Shown here: positions 10,015 through 20,624 of the stretch, piece after piece
How positions within the stretch are numbered: the stretch's first letter is position 1
How the letters are laid out: the number at the start of each line of letters is the position of its first letter
Assembly (NCBI GenBank): GCA_021734945.1
Contig: JAIPIA010000001.1
Coordinates: 4,465 to 68,464 of the forward strand
Length of the DNA: 64,000 nucleotides
Source of the DNA: Minisyncoccota bacterium
GTDB taxonomy: Bacteria > Patescibacteriota > Minisyncoccia > Phycocordibacterales > CAIZLB01
Direction: 5' to 3'
Notes under the pieces: model-generated
Databases searched by the model: none
Told to the model about the DNA's origin: nothing
The model's input: only the letters and a program-made list of their open reading frames with translations
Translations under genes and position numbers: made by a program

Positions 10015-13000
10015 ATGTCTCGACCAAAGAAATATTTTTCACGTTTCAAGGAACCGCTCACACCGCTTCCAAACTTAGTAGAAGGACAGCTCGACTCATA
10101 TAAATGGCTCCTTGAAAAAGGACTTAAAACTGTATTTGATGAGTTCGTAGGGATTAAGGATTATTCAGACAAAAAGTTCGAACTTGATTTTACAGGCTTT
10201 GAACTCGTAAAACCAAAGTACGACGAATTTTACGCTAAAGAAAATAAGCTCAACTATGAAGGAGGTCTTAAGGTGATGATTAAACTTAAGAATAAGATCT
10301 TCGGTTCTACAAAAGAACAGGAAGTATTCATGGCTGATTTCCCGATGATGACAAATCACGGTACTTTTATTATTAATGGTATTGAGCGACTTATAGTTCC
10401 ACAGATCATCCGTTCATACGGTGCTTTTTTTGTTTCTTCTGAAACAAAAGGTAAAAACTATTTCGGTGCAAAAATCATCCCTGCACGAGGTGCATGGATT
10501 GAACTTGAAAGTGACGCTGATGGAGCTATCTACGTGCGAATCGACCGAAAACGAAAGTTTGCAGTTACTTCACTTCTACGAGCTTTTGGCGCTGAAACAG
10601 ATTCAGACATCAAGGCGCTTTTCAAAGGAAATGAAAATGCAACATCATATATAGAGACAAGTCTTGCAAAAGATCACGCGAAGACAAAAGATGAAGCGTA
10701 TATCGAAATCCACAAGCGACTTCGAGATGGAGACCTCGCTACAGCTGAAAACGCTCGAGAATTCTTCACGGCTCTCATTGGTCCTGAGCGATATGACCTC
10801 TCAAAAGTAGGACGATTCCGATTTAATCAGCGATTTGAAAAATCAATGGAAGAGAAGGCGCTTGCCCAAATGACACTCTCTATTGATGACATCGTTGCTA
10901 TAATTTCAAAAATTATAGAACTTAACCTCAATCCAAACTCAATCAACGACGATATCGATCACCTCGGTTCACGACGTGTGCGATTTGTTGGTGAACTTCT
11001 CCAGCAGAAAATCCGAGTTGGTATGACACAGATTAAGCGAAACATTCAGAACCGAATGTCGACTATTGATACAGACGCTTCACTTCCAGTGCAGTTTGTT
11101 TCTCCACGTCCACTTCAGGCTCGAATTAAAGAATTCTTTACAACAAACCAGTTGTCACAGTTCATGTCACAGGAAAACATCCTTGCAGAAATTGAACACC
11201 TTCGACGTATTTCAGCCCTCGGTCAGGGAGGCCTTACACGAGAGCGAGCTGGTATTGAAGTTCGAGATGTGCACCCATCACATTATGGCCGAATCTGTCC
11301 TATTCATACACCTGAAGGTCAGAACATTGGTCTTGTATTGCAGCTTGCAACATATGCTCGAATCAACCACTTCGGTATGATCGAAACTCCATATGCAAAA
11401 GTGAAAGCCGGAAAGATCACAAAAGAAATTGTGTACCTGAATGCACTTGAAGAAGAAGGATTCAAGATCGCACATGCCGCAACTGAATATGATGCAGCTG
11501 GTCTTATAAAAGATCAGAATGTTGAAGTTCGAATCAAAGGTGAGCCAGTTATTATTGATCGTAGTGAAGTAGACTTTATAGATGTTGCACCTGAACAGGC
11601 ATTCTCAGTTTCTACATCTATGATTCCATTTATGAACCACGATGATGCCAACCGAGCTCTCATGGGTTCTAACATGCAGAAGCAGGCTACTCCTTGTATT
11701 GTTCCTGAGGCTCCACTTGTTGCAACAGGTATTGAATCAAAAGCAGCTGAAGATACAGGACGAGTTATTCTAGCTCCAGAGGATGGAACTATTACATATG
11801 TAGATGCATCAAAAGTCATTCTCAAGGGCGCTAAGCAGGATTATGAATATAAACTCACAATCTTCAACAGAACAAACCAGTTCACAGCTTCACACCAGCG
11901 ACCAACAGTTTCACTTAATCAGAAAGTTAAGCGAGGTGATGTGCTCGTAGATACATCTACATCTGTAGATGGTCAGATGGCGCTTGGACAAAACTGTCTC
12001 GTTGCATTCATGACATGGTCTGGATCAAACTATGAAGATGCGATTATTCTTTCAGAACGACTTGTAAAAGATTCAAAGTTTACAACTATTCACATTGAAG
12101 AATTCGTAATCAACGTACGAGATACAAAGCTTGGGCCCGAAGTTACAACTCACGATATTCCAAACGTAGGTGAAGGGCGACTCAAGAACCTCGATGTAGA
12201 TGGTATCGTCCGAGTAGGTGCTGAAGTTCGACCTGGAGATATCCTTGTTGGAAAAATTACTCCAAAGACAGAAACTCAGCTTACTCCAGAAGAACGACTC
12301 CTCCGATCTATCTTCGGTGAAAAATCACGAGATGTAAAAGATACATCAAAGCGATTGGAAAATGGAAAGAAAGGACGAGTTATTGGTATCAAGATTTTCT
12401 CTCGAGAAAAAGGAGACAAACTCGATTCTGGAATCCTCAAGCGAATTCACATTGAAGTTGCTGTTCTTCGAAACGTATCAGTGGGTGATAAGCTCGCTGG
12501 ACGACACGGAAACAAAGGTGTTATCTCACGAATTCTTCCAGTTGAAGATATGCCATATATGGCAGACGGAACTCCTGTGGATGTAATTCTTACTCCACTC
12601 GGTGTACCTTCACGTATGAACCTCGGTCAGATTCTCGAACTCCACCTCGGTCTTGCTGCAAAAGCTCTCAACTACCAAGCTATCGTTCCACCATTCATGG
12701 GTGCTACTGTAGATGAAGTAAAAGAGGAGCTTGTTAAAGCTGGATACAATGAGACTGGAAAAATGAAACTATTTGACGGACGAACAGGTGAAGCGTTTGC
12801 ACAGGATATTGCGGTTGGTTACATGTACATATTGAAACTTCACCACATGGTTGATGACAAGATTCACATGCGATCTATTGGTCCCTACTCTCTCATTACT
12901 CAGCAACCACTTGGAGGTAAAGCTCAAGGAGGAGGTCAGAGATTCGGAGAAATGGAAGTGTGGGCACTCGCTGGTTATGGAGCAGCTCATACTCTTCGAG

Positions 13001-13209
13001 AAATGTTGACTATTAAGTCTGATGACATTCAAGGTCGTTCTCAGGCATTCGATTCTATCGTTAAAGGTCAGAAGCTTTTGGAACCAAACACTCCAGCATC
13101 ATTCAATGTACTCCTTGCAAACTTGCGAGGTCTTGGCATCGATGTAGAGCTTATGAAAGAGACTGAAGACGGTCAGATTATTACTACTGATGAAGTTCTT
13201 GCAGATTAA
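10015..13209 (+). CDS. rpoB: RNA polymerase beta subunit
   Basis: GDKLAGRHGNKG, SRMNLGQ and GGQRFGEMEVWAL motifs. Confidence 0.99.
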   Translation: MSRPKKYFSRFKEPLTPLPNLVEGQLDSYKWLLEKGLKTVFDEFVGIKDYSDKKFELDFTGFELVKPKYDEFYAKENKLNYEGGLKVMIKLKNKIFGSTKEQEVFMADFPMMTNHGTFIINGIERLIVPQIIRSYGAFFVSSETKGKNYFGAKIIPARGAWIELESDADGAIYVRIDRKRKFAVTSLLRAFGAETDSDIKALFKGNENATSYIETSLAKDHAKTKDEAYIEIHKRLRDGDLATAENAREFFTALIGPERYDLSKVGRFRFNQRFEKSMEEKALAQMTLSIDDIVAIISKIIELNLNPNSINDDIDHLGSRRVRFVGELLQQKIRVGMTQIKRNIQNRMSTIDTDASLPVQFVSPRPLQARIKEFFTTNQLSQFMSQENILAEIEHLRRISALGQGGLTRERAGIEVRDVHPSHYGRICPIHTPEGQNIGLVLQLATYARINHFGMIETPYAKVKAGKITKEIVYLNALEEEGFKIAHAATEYDAAGLIKDQNVEVRIKGEPVIIDRSEVDFIDVAPEQAFSVSTSMIPFMNHDDANRALMGSNMQKQATPCIVPEAPLVATGIESKAAEDTGRVILAPEDGTITYVDASKVILKGAKQDYEYKLTIFNRTNQFTASHQRPTVSLNQKVKRGDVLVDTSTSVDGQMALGQNCLVAFMTWSGSNYEDAIILSERLVKDSKFTTIHIEEFVINVRDTKLGPEVTTHDIPNVGEGRLKNLDVDGIVRVGAEVRPGDILVGKITPKTETQLTPEERLLRSIFGEKSRDVKDTSKRLENGKKGRVIGIKIFSREKGDKLDSGILKRIHIEVAVLRNVSVGDKLAGRHGNKGVISRILPVEDMPYMADGTPVDVILTPLGVPSRMNLGQILELHLGLAAKALNYQAIVPPFMGATVDEVKEELVKAGYNETGKMKLFDGRTGEAFAQDIAVGYMYILKLHHMVDDKIHMRSIGPYSLITQQPLGGKAQGGGQRFGEMEVWALAGYGAAHTLREMLTIKSDDIQGRSQAFDSIVKGQKLLEPNTPASFNVLLANLRGLGIDVELMKETEDGQIITTDEVLAD

Positions 13210-13288
13210 GTTTTAAGAAATTAAGTCGTTTCAAAATACTTAAAATTATCTAAAATAAAAATCAAAAGAATTTAACTCAAAAATAATC

Positions 13289-16200
13289 ATGAAAAACATA
13301 CATAACAACAATCTTCCAAGAACAATCGACGACTTCGAAGCAGTTATTTTGAAGCTTGCTTCACCTGAACGAATTCGAGAGTGGTCATTTGGTGAGGTTA
13401 CAAAACCTGAGACGATGAACTATCGAACTCAGCGATCTGAAAAGAACGGTCTTTTCGATGAAAAAATCTTCGGTCCTGAACGAGACTACGAATGTTACTG
13501 TGGAAAATATAAGGGAATTCGATATAAGGGAATTGTCTGTGAAAAATGTGGAGTAGAGCTCACACGATCAATCGTTCGACGAGAACGAATGGGTCACATC
13601 GAGCTTTGTGTTCCTGTTTCTCACATCTGGTACCTCCGAACAATGCCATCACGAGTTGCAACAATTCTCGGAATGAGTGCAGCTGATATTGAAAAAGTTG
13701 TGTACTTTGCTGGTTACCTTATTACAAAAGTAAACAAGGATCAGAAAGAATCACTTCTTAAAGAACTCGACAATGAATACAAGAATAAAGTTAAGTCTCT
13801 TTCTGATGAAAAATCAAAGGAAGCTCTTACTGAACTCCTTATGGGTGCTAAGCGAGAAATCGAAAGTATCACTGAAGGAAAAGTTCTTGATGAAGTTGAA
13901 TATCACAAGTTCTCACTTAAGTATGGTACAGCGTTTGAAGCTGGAATCGGTGCTGAAGCAGTATTCAATATTTTCAAAAATCTTGATACAAAGAAGCTTC
14001 TTGCTTCACTTGAAGAAACAATGCAAAAAGTTTCTGCGGCTGATCGAGAAAAACTATTCCGACGAGTTAGTCTTTTGAAATCTATGTCACGATCAGGTAT
14101 TCGACCTGAGTGGATGTTCATCAACGCTCTTCCTGTTATCCCAGCAGCACTTCGACCTATGGTTGCTCTTGAAGGTGGACGACACGCTACATCTGATGTA
14201 AACGATCTTTACCGACGAGTTATTAACCGAAACAATCGACTTCGAAAACTTAAGGAAATTAATGCTCCTGACGTTATTCTTCGAAACGAAAAGCGAATTC
14301 TACAGGAGGCTGTTGATGCACTTATCGACAACTCTATCCGACACGGAAGTGCTGTATACGCAGGACTCAATGCTGCACAGCGACGACCTCTTAAGTCACT
14401 TGCTGACAACCTAAAAGGTAAGCGAGGTCTCTTCCGACAGAACCTTCTCGGTAAACGAGTAGACTACTCTGGACGATCAGTAATCGTTGTAGGTCCAGAT
14501 CTTAAGTTGAACCAGTGTGGTCTTCCAAAGCACATGGCACTTGAGCTCTTCCGACCATTCGTTATCTCAGAACTCTTGAAGCGAGAAATGGCATTCAACA
14601 TTCGAGGAGCATCACGACTTATTGATGATGGTATTCCAGAAGTATGGGCTATTCTTGAACAAGTTATTCAGAACAAGCGAGTACTTCTAAACCGAGCTCC
14701 AACACTTCACCGACTTTCTATTCAGGCTTTCAAGCCAGTATTGATTGAAGGTAATGCTATCCAGGTTCATCCACTTGTATGTTCTCCATTCAACGCCGAC
14801 TTCGACGGAGATACTATGGCCGTTCACGTTCCACTTTCAGAAGAAGCACAGAAAGAAGCTGAGATGATCATGGAATCTTCAAAGAACATCTTGAAGCCAG
14901 GAACTGGTGATTCAACTGTTACAAAGAAGATGCTCGACATCGTACTTGGTTCATACTGGATGACTAAAGCAGTTACAGGTGAAAAGGGAGAAGGAAAAGT
15001 ATTTGGTGGTCCAGAAGAAGCTGTTACAGCACAATCATTTGATATCGTCTCATACCGAGCTGCTATCAAAGTTCTTGCTCCAACAACTGGTGAACTTGCT
15101 GAAAAGTACAAAGCATTTGAAGGAAAAGTATTCGACACAACAGTTGGACGAATTCTCTTCAACAATCTTTTGCCAGCTGACTATGCATTCATTAACAAAG
15201 AAATCACAAACTCTGTGATGAACGGAATTATGGATGACATTATTACTCACCGAGGAAGTGAAAATGTTCATGGACTTATCGACTCTATCAAAGAGTTCGG
15301 ATTCAAGTACGTAACAAAATCTGGTGTTACTTGGTCAATCGATGACATCAAGATTCCTGAAGGTAAAGGTGCACTCGTTGATGCTGCTACTATCAAGTCA
15401 GCGGCGGTTACAGCTGAATATAACGACGGTCTCCTTTCTGAAGAAGAAAAGACTCGAAAGAATGTGGAAATTTGGCAGGATACAAAGTCAGAAATTGAAA
15501 AGCTCGTTGATCAGGCTCTCGACAAGAACAGTCCTGTATACGACATGGTGAAGTCAGGTGCCCGAGGTTCCCTTGGTAACCTTACTCAGATGGTTGGTAT
15601 GAAAGGTCTTATTGCAAACGCGCAAGGAGAGACAATCGAACTTCCAATCATTTCATCTTTCAAAGAAGGATTTACACCGATTGAATACTTCATTTCTACT
15701 CACGGTGCCCGAAAAGGTATGACTGACACAGCCTTGAACACGGCTCGAGCCGGTTACCTTACACGACGACTCTTCGTAGTTGCTCAGTCAGTAATGATTA
15801 CCGAAGAAGACTGTGGATCAAAAGATGGTGTTGCAATTCACCGAGTAGGTTCATCTGGTATCAGTACATCACTTGTAAAAAGTGTGACTGGACGAGTACT
15901 TTCAAAAGATACTACAAATGCAGCGGGAGAAGTTCTCTTCAAACGAAATCACCTTGTTACAAAAGATGATGCAGCCGTTCTTGAAAAAGCTGGACTCAAC
16001 GAAGTCTGGGTACGATCACCTCTTAACTGTAAGACAGAGCTTGGCGTTTGTGCGCAGTGTTACGGATATGACCTTGGTAGAAATAGACTTGTAGAAGTTG
16101 GAGAAGCTGTTGGAACAGTCGCTGCACAGGCGATTGGTGAACCAGGTACACAGCTTACAATGCGTACGTTCCACGCCGGAGGTGTAGCTACAGTGGGTGG

Positions 16201-16984
16201 AGACATCACGGCGGGTCTTCCTCGAATCGAAGAAATCTTCGACAATCGAACTCCAAAGAATCCAGCCGTTATTGCAACTCTTGATGGTGTGATTACAGAT
16301 ATTCGAGAAGTTAACAAAGAACGAGTTATTAAACTTCTTCCTGATGTGCCAACAAAATCAAAGAAGGGAAGCGAAGTAGAATATGTATTCCACTATGCAC
16401 GAACTCCTATTGTAAAAGTTGGACAGCACGTTTCAAAGGGTGATTTCCTTACTGACGGTTCTGCAGATCTAGAAGAACTCTTTGTTCTAGCAGGAAAGGA
16501 GCGAGCTCAGGAATATATCATTGCTGAAGCGAAGAAGATTTATGAACTTCAGGGTGAAAACGTTTCTCGAAAGCATCTCGAAGTTATTGTACGAGAAATG
16601 TTTGGACGAGTACGAGTTTCAGAAGCAGGAGACACTCCATTTGCAGTTGGCGACTATGTTGAACGATTTGAATTTGATCAAACAAACCGACGAACAAAGA
16701 TGGATGGCGGTATTGAAGCAAAAGCAAATCCAGTTGTGATGGGTATCGCAGAAGCGTCACTTAACCGACGAAGTTTCCTTTCAGCAGCTTCATTCCAGCA
16801 CACAAACCGAATGCTTATCTCTGCATCACTTAAAGCTAACAAGGATCCACTCTACGGTATTATGGAAAACGTAATTATCGGACGATTGATTCCTGCTGGA
16901 ACAGGATTCAAGGGGAGCAAGAAGTACGAAATGATCGAGAAATTCAAAGAAGAAGCAATGCGAGAAAATCAGGAGAACGCATAG
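13289..16984 (+). CDS. rpoC: RNA polymerase beta' subunit
   Basis: Zn-finger CYCGKY..CEKC, GKRVDYSGRSVI, NADFDGD and IGEPGTQLTMRTFH motifs. Confidence 0.99.
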   Translation: MKNIHNNNLPRTIDDFEAVILKLASPERIREWSFGEVTKPETMNYRTQRSEKNGLFDEKIFGPERDYECYCGKYKGIRYKGIVCEKCGVELTRSIVRRERMGHIELCVPVSHIWYLRTMPSRVATILGMSAADIEKVVYFAGYLITKVNKDQKESLLKELDNEYKNKVKSLSDEKSKEALTELLMGAKREIESITEGKVLDEVEYHKFSLKYGTAFEAGIGAEAVFNIFKNLDTKKLLASLEETMQKVSAADREKLFRRVSLLKSMSRSGIRPEWMFINALPVIPAALRPMVALEGGRHATSDVNDLYRRVINRNNRLRKLKEINAPDVILRNEKRILQEAVDALIDNSIRHGSAVYAGLNAAQRRPLKSLADNLKGKRGLFRQNLLGKRVDYSGRSVIVVGPDLKLNQCGLPKHMALELFRPFVISELLKREMAFNIRGASRLIDDGIPEVWAILEQVIQNKRVLLNRAPTLHRLSIQAFKPVLIEGNAIQVHPLVCSPFNADFDGDTMAVHVPLSEEAQKEAEMIMESSKNILKPGTGDSTVTKKMLDIVLGSYWMTKAVTGEKGEGKVFGGPEEAVTAQSFDIVSYRAAIKVLAPTTGELAEKYKAFEGKVFDTTVGRILFNNLLPADYAFINKEITNSVMNGIMDDIITHRGSENVHGLIDSIKEFGFKYVTKSGVTWSIDDIKIPEGKGALVDAATIKSAAVTAEYNDGLLSEEEKTRKNVEIWQDTKSEIEKLVDQALDKNSPVYDMVKSGARGSLGNLTQMVGMKGLIANAQGETIELPIISSFKEGFTPIEYFISTHGARKGMTDTALNTARAGYLTRRLFVVAQSVMITEEDCGSKDGVAIHRVGSSGISTSLVKSVTGRVLSKDTTNAAGEVLFKRNHLVTKDDAAVLEKAGLNEVWVRSPLNCKTELGVCAQCYGYDLGRNRLVEVGEAVGTVAAQAIGEPGTQLTMRTFHAGGVATVGGDITAGLPRIEEIFDNRTPKNPAVIATLDGVITDIREVNKERVIKLLPDVPTKSKKGSEVEYVFHYARTPIVKVGQHVSKGDFLTDGSADLEELFVLAGKERAQEYIIAEAKKIYELQGENVSRKHLEVIVREMFGRVRVSEAGDTPFAVGDYVERFEFDQTNRRTKMDGGIEAKANPVVMGIAEASLNRRSFLSAASFQHTNRMLISASLKANKDPLYGIMENVIIGRLIPAGTGFKGSKKYEMIEKFKEEAMRENQENA

Positions 16985-17268
16985 TTGGACGCCTAGTTAC
17001 AATTAAATATAAGCATCGCGAAACATATACAAAAGATAGCGCGAACTTAGCACGTTGATTAATAACTTAATAAAAGGCTCCAACTCATATTCTGAGTCAC
17101 ACTGGAAGAAATTTGCGAAAGCGAACAACAACCAATGAGGCTCAGAAATATGAGTTGAAGTTGAACTTTAATCTTAATTTCGCCGCCGCGCCAGTCGAGT
17201 CCAAGTGCAATCGACTCGACACGAACCAGCTGGTTCGGACATTGCGCGGTACGATTTCGCAAAATCGC

Positions 17269-19065
17269 ATGTCATCAGCTGCAGAAACAATTAAAGACAG
17301 ACTCGGAATTGTAGAAGTGGTTAGTTCGTACATCAAGATTGATAAATCTGGAGGAAACTACAAAGGCCGATGTCCGTTCCATCATGAGAAAACACCATCG
17401 TTTTTTGTGTCGCCTGCACGAAATAGTTACTATTGTTTTGGGTGTGGACAGAAAGGAGATATTTTTACGTTTGTACAAGAATTTGAGAAAGTTGATTTCA
17501 TCGGCGCTCTAAAGATTTTAGCTGAGAAAGCTGGTGTAGAGCTTCAGCAGTTTAAGAATGAAAACAAAGGTGAGAATGATCGACTTCGATCAATACTCGA
17601 CGCTTCAACAAAATTCTACGAGCAAAATTTGCATGCACCAAAAAATGCAAAGGCTATTCAATATTTGCATGAACGTGGACTAACTGACAAAACTATACAA
17701 GATTGGAGAATTGGTTATGCTGAAAATGAATGGCGCCGATTGCATGATTTTTTGCTTACAAAAAATGTTGGACAAATTGATATGGAAAAAGTTGGGCTTA
17801 TAAAGAAGTCTGAAAAAGAGGGAGCTCGAGTAGATTCTGTATACGACAGATTCCGAGCACGTATTATGTTTCCATTGTTTGATCCGTCATCTCGAGTTAT
17901 AGGATACTCTGGACGAATTTTTGGTGTACCTGATGAAGATGGTCCAAAATATCTAAATAGTCCTGATACAGTTCTATTTAATAAATCCGAAACACTATAC
18001 GGATATCACAAAGCCAAAGATGGCATCCGAGAGTGGAGATATACAATACTTGTTGAAGGACAAATGGATTTGCTTATGTGTCACCAGTCAGGATTTACAA
18101 ATACTGTTGCGACATCTGGAACATCACTCACAAATCAACATTTGGAAAAATTGCAGAAATTATCAGATAATCTTCTAATAGTTTTTGATGCTGATAATGC
18201 AGGAGTGAGAGCTACTGTAAAGGCATGGGTATCACTCGCGCTGCCTATGGGTATGGACGTTAAAGTTGCATCACTTCCAAAAGGGGATGACCCAGCTTCA
18301 CTTCTCAAAAAAGATAAGAGTAGTTTTACTAACTCGATAAAAGACAAAAAACACATTATAATATATTTGACGGACTACTTGTGTGGAAAAGGTCTTTCGA
18401 AAGATGAATTAATGAAGGAAATAAGAAAAGAAGTTGTTCCTCTTATTGCACTCATAAAAAGTGTAATCGAAAGTTCAAGTTTCATTTCAAAGGTGAGTAT
18501 TAGGACAGACATATATGAATCTGATTTAAGAAAAGAAGTAGAAGAAGTACGAATGCGAATTATTTCAGGCGAAAATATCAATGATACTGACGAAAGCACA
18601 AGTGATTCAAAAAATTCAAATACAAAAGATACTCACCCGTTATCGGGACAAAAAAATATTAAAGAAGGAAGTTTAATACATGATATTGTGTTAAGAAGAG
18701 TGGGGGCACTGCTAGTATGGTTTAAAAATTCAAACCGTGATGTTTCGGGTGTCTTAGAAAAAATATCACACATTTTACCAGAGTCAGATTTTATATATTT
18801 CAAACACAGTACAGAAAACTCACCAGAAGAGTTACTTTTTGAAGCAGAAGTTCTCTTTGATGGAAGCAAACACATTGAGAAAGATATGGATGATCTGCTG
18901 TACGAACTAGAAGAAAGAAGTCTCAAGCATAGGCTGTCAGAGACGATGATGGAGTTAGGGCTAGCAGAGAAGAAACATGATACCGCAAAAGCTGAAGAAT
19001 TAATCAAAATTTGCCAAGAAATTTCACTTAAATTATCGGGATTAAATAAGAGAAAAGACGGATGA
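17269..19065 (+). CDS. dnaG: DNA primase
   Basis: CPFHHEKTPSF..CFGC zinc finger, PKYLNSPDT, VEGQMD and FDADNAG TOPRIM motifs; ATG at 17269 preferred over TTG 17113. Confidence 0.97.
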   Translation: MSSAAETIKDRLGIVEVVSSYIKIDKSGGNYKGRCPFHHEKTPSFFVSPARNSYYCFGCGQKGDIFTFVQEFEKVDFIGALKILAEKAGVELQQFKNENKGENDRLRSILDASTKFYEQNLHAPKNAKAIQYLHERGLTDKTIQDWRIGYAENEWRRLHDFLLTKNVGQIDMEKVGLIKKSEKEGARVDSVYDRFRARIMFPLFDPSSRVIGYSGRIFGVPDEDGPKYLNSPDTVLFNKSETLYGYHKAKDGIREWRYTILVEGQMDLLMCHQSGFTNTVATSGTSLTNQHLEKLQKLSDNLLIVFDADNAGVRATVKAWVSLALPMGMDVKVASLPKGDDPASLLKKDKSSFTNSIKDKKHIIIYLTDYLCGKGLSKDELMKEIRKEVVPLIALIKSVIESSSFISKVSIRTDIYESDLRKEVEEVRMRIISGENINDTDESTSDSKNSNTKDTHPLSGQKNIKEGSLIHDIVLRRVGALLVWFKNSNRDVSGVLEKISHILPESDFIYFKHSTENSPEELLFEAEVLFDGSKHIEKDMDDLLYELEERSLKHRLSETMMELGLAEKKHDTAKAEELIKICQEISLKLSGLNKRKDG

Positions 19066-19124
19066 AGTAATTATTAAAACAAGTTCAAGAATATTTCAAA
19101 ATTATAAAACCATTTACAAATCAT

Positions 19125-20456
19125 ATGAAGAAAAATACAAATAAAAAAGCAAAACCAGTAGTCAAAGCAAAATCATCTAAACCAACAGCCAAGCCAGCAA
19201 AGAAATCATCTCCTGCAAAAAAATTTGAAGCTAAAAAAACTCATGGTCACGCACCCGCAAAGGCTACTACTAAGACAACAAAGCCAGCTCAAAAAGTAGC
19301 ACACAAATCTGATTCAAAAAATAAAGAGGTAAAGAAGAGTGGTCCTCTTACTCCTCTTCCACCTCCAAAAAAGAGTAAAGAAGAAATGGCGTGGGACGTG
19401 AAAGCTAATGTTCTTCTTCAACGTGGAAAGGATCGAGGTTTTGTAACGTATGATGAAATTTTGAAAGAGTTCCCAAACATTGAACTTGATGTGATGTTTC
19501 TCGATTATTTGTATGAAAAATTCTCTACAGCTGGCATTGATATTCTTGAAGGAGGAGGACTACTTGATTTCAAACAAGAGGAAGAAGATATGCTTAAGAA
19601 GTACAGTATGAATAAGAGTGATTCTTCATACGACTCTATCCAAATGTATCTCAAGGAAATCGGACAGTACCCATTGATTGCTGCTCAGGAAGAAAAAGAT
19701 CTTGCGAAACGAATTCAGGCAGGAGATATAGAAGCGAAGAACTTGCTCGCAAAGGCAAACCTCCGACTTGTAGTCTCTATTGCCAAAAAATATGCAAACC
19801 GATCACCAGACCTTACACTTCTAGACCTTATTCAGGAAGGTAACCTTGGTCTTTTCAAGGCTGTAGATAAATTCGACTGGTCAAAGGGATTCAAATTTTC
19901 AACATATGCAACATGGTGGATTCGACAGTCTATTACGCGAGCTCTTGCTGATCAGTCACGAACAATTCGTGTACCAGTTCACATGGTAGAAACTATTGCC
20001 AAGTACAAGCAGGTTGTACGACGACTCTTCCAAGACCTTGGGCGAGAACCACTTCCAGAAGAAATCGCAACAGAAATGGGTCTTGATGTAGACAAGATTT
20101 ACACAATTGAAAAGATCGATCAGAACACCGTGTCGCTTGATACTCCTGTAAATGATGACGATGACAAGGCTTCTGCATTCGGTGACTTTATTGCTGATGA
20201 TAAAATTCTTTCACCAGATCAGGAATCGTCACGACGAATCCTTGCAGATCAGGTTCAAGAAATTCTTGGAGACCTTTCAGAAAAGGAGCGAGAAATTCTT
20301 GCACTTCGACATGGACTCAATGATGGTATCCAACACACACTTGAGGAAGTAGGAAAGATGTTCGGAGTTACTCGAGAACGAATTCGACAGATTGAAGCAA
20401 AGGCTCATGAAAAGATTCGACAGCACGAGAAGGTGAATCGGTTGAAGAATTACTAG
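19125..20456 (+). CDS. rpoD: Primary sigma factor RpoD/SigA with Lys/Ala/Pro-rich N-terminal tail
   Basis: [22 protein letters not shown] and TRERIRQIE motifs. Confidence 0.96.
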   Translation: MKKNTNKKAKPVVKAKSSKPTAKPAKKSSPAKKFEAKKTHGHAPAKATTKTTKPAQKVAHKSDSKNKEVKKSGPLTPLPPPKKSKEEMAWDVKANVLLQRGKDRGFVTYDEILKEFPNIELDVMFLDYLYEKFSTAGIDILEGGGLLDFKQEEEDMLKKYSMNKSDSSYDSIQMYLKEIGQYPLIAAQEEKDLAKRIQAGDIEAKNLLAKANLRLVVSIAKKYANRSPDLTLLDLIQEGNLGLFKAVDKFDWSKGFKFSTYATWWIRQSITRALADQSRTIRVPVHMVETIAKYKQVVRRLFQDLGREPLPEEIATEMGLDVDKIYTIEKIDQNTVSLDTPVNDDDDKASAFGDFIADDKILSPDQESSRRILADQVQEILGDLSEKEREILALRHGLNDGIQHTLEEVGKMFGVTRERIRQIEAKAHEKIRQHEKVNRLKNY

Positions 20457-20548
20457 TAGATTTATATAGCACGGTCTGGATGGTCTGATAATAGGAAAAT
20501 CTGATTGTTGAAAATAAAATTCCCATCAAAATTTAATAAAAAAACTTA

Positions 20549-20583
20549 ACCCCGCACTCATCATGCGGGGTTTGGTGTTGTTG
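20549..20583. terminator. Terminator hairpin between rpoD and the convergent ORF
   Basis: ACCCCGCA-ctcatca-TGCGGGGT followed by T-rich run. Confidence 0.65.
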
Positions 20584-20624
20584 GACGAGATGTTTTAAGT
20601 CTTGCTCAACGACGTGAAGCGATA

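Noticed and set aside
10165-16739. Many 60-113 aa antisense or alternative-frame ORFs within rpoB/rpoC (similar cases in eno, dnaX, cadA, KAP)
   Set aside because: Shadow ORFs from codon bias; no motifs or expression signals
17113-17268. 52-aa N-terminal extension of DnaG from TTG
   Set aside because: Primase homology starts at ATG 17269; the region is better explained as structured RNA
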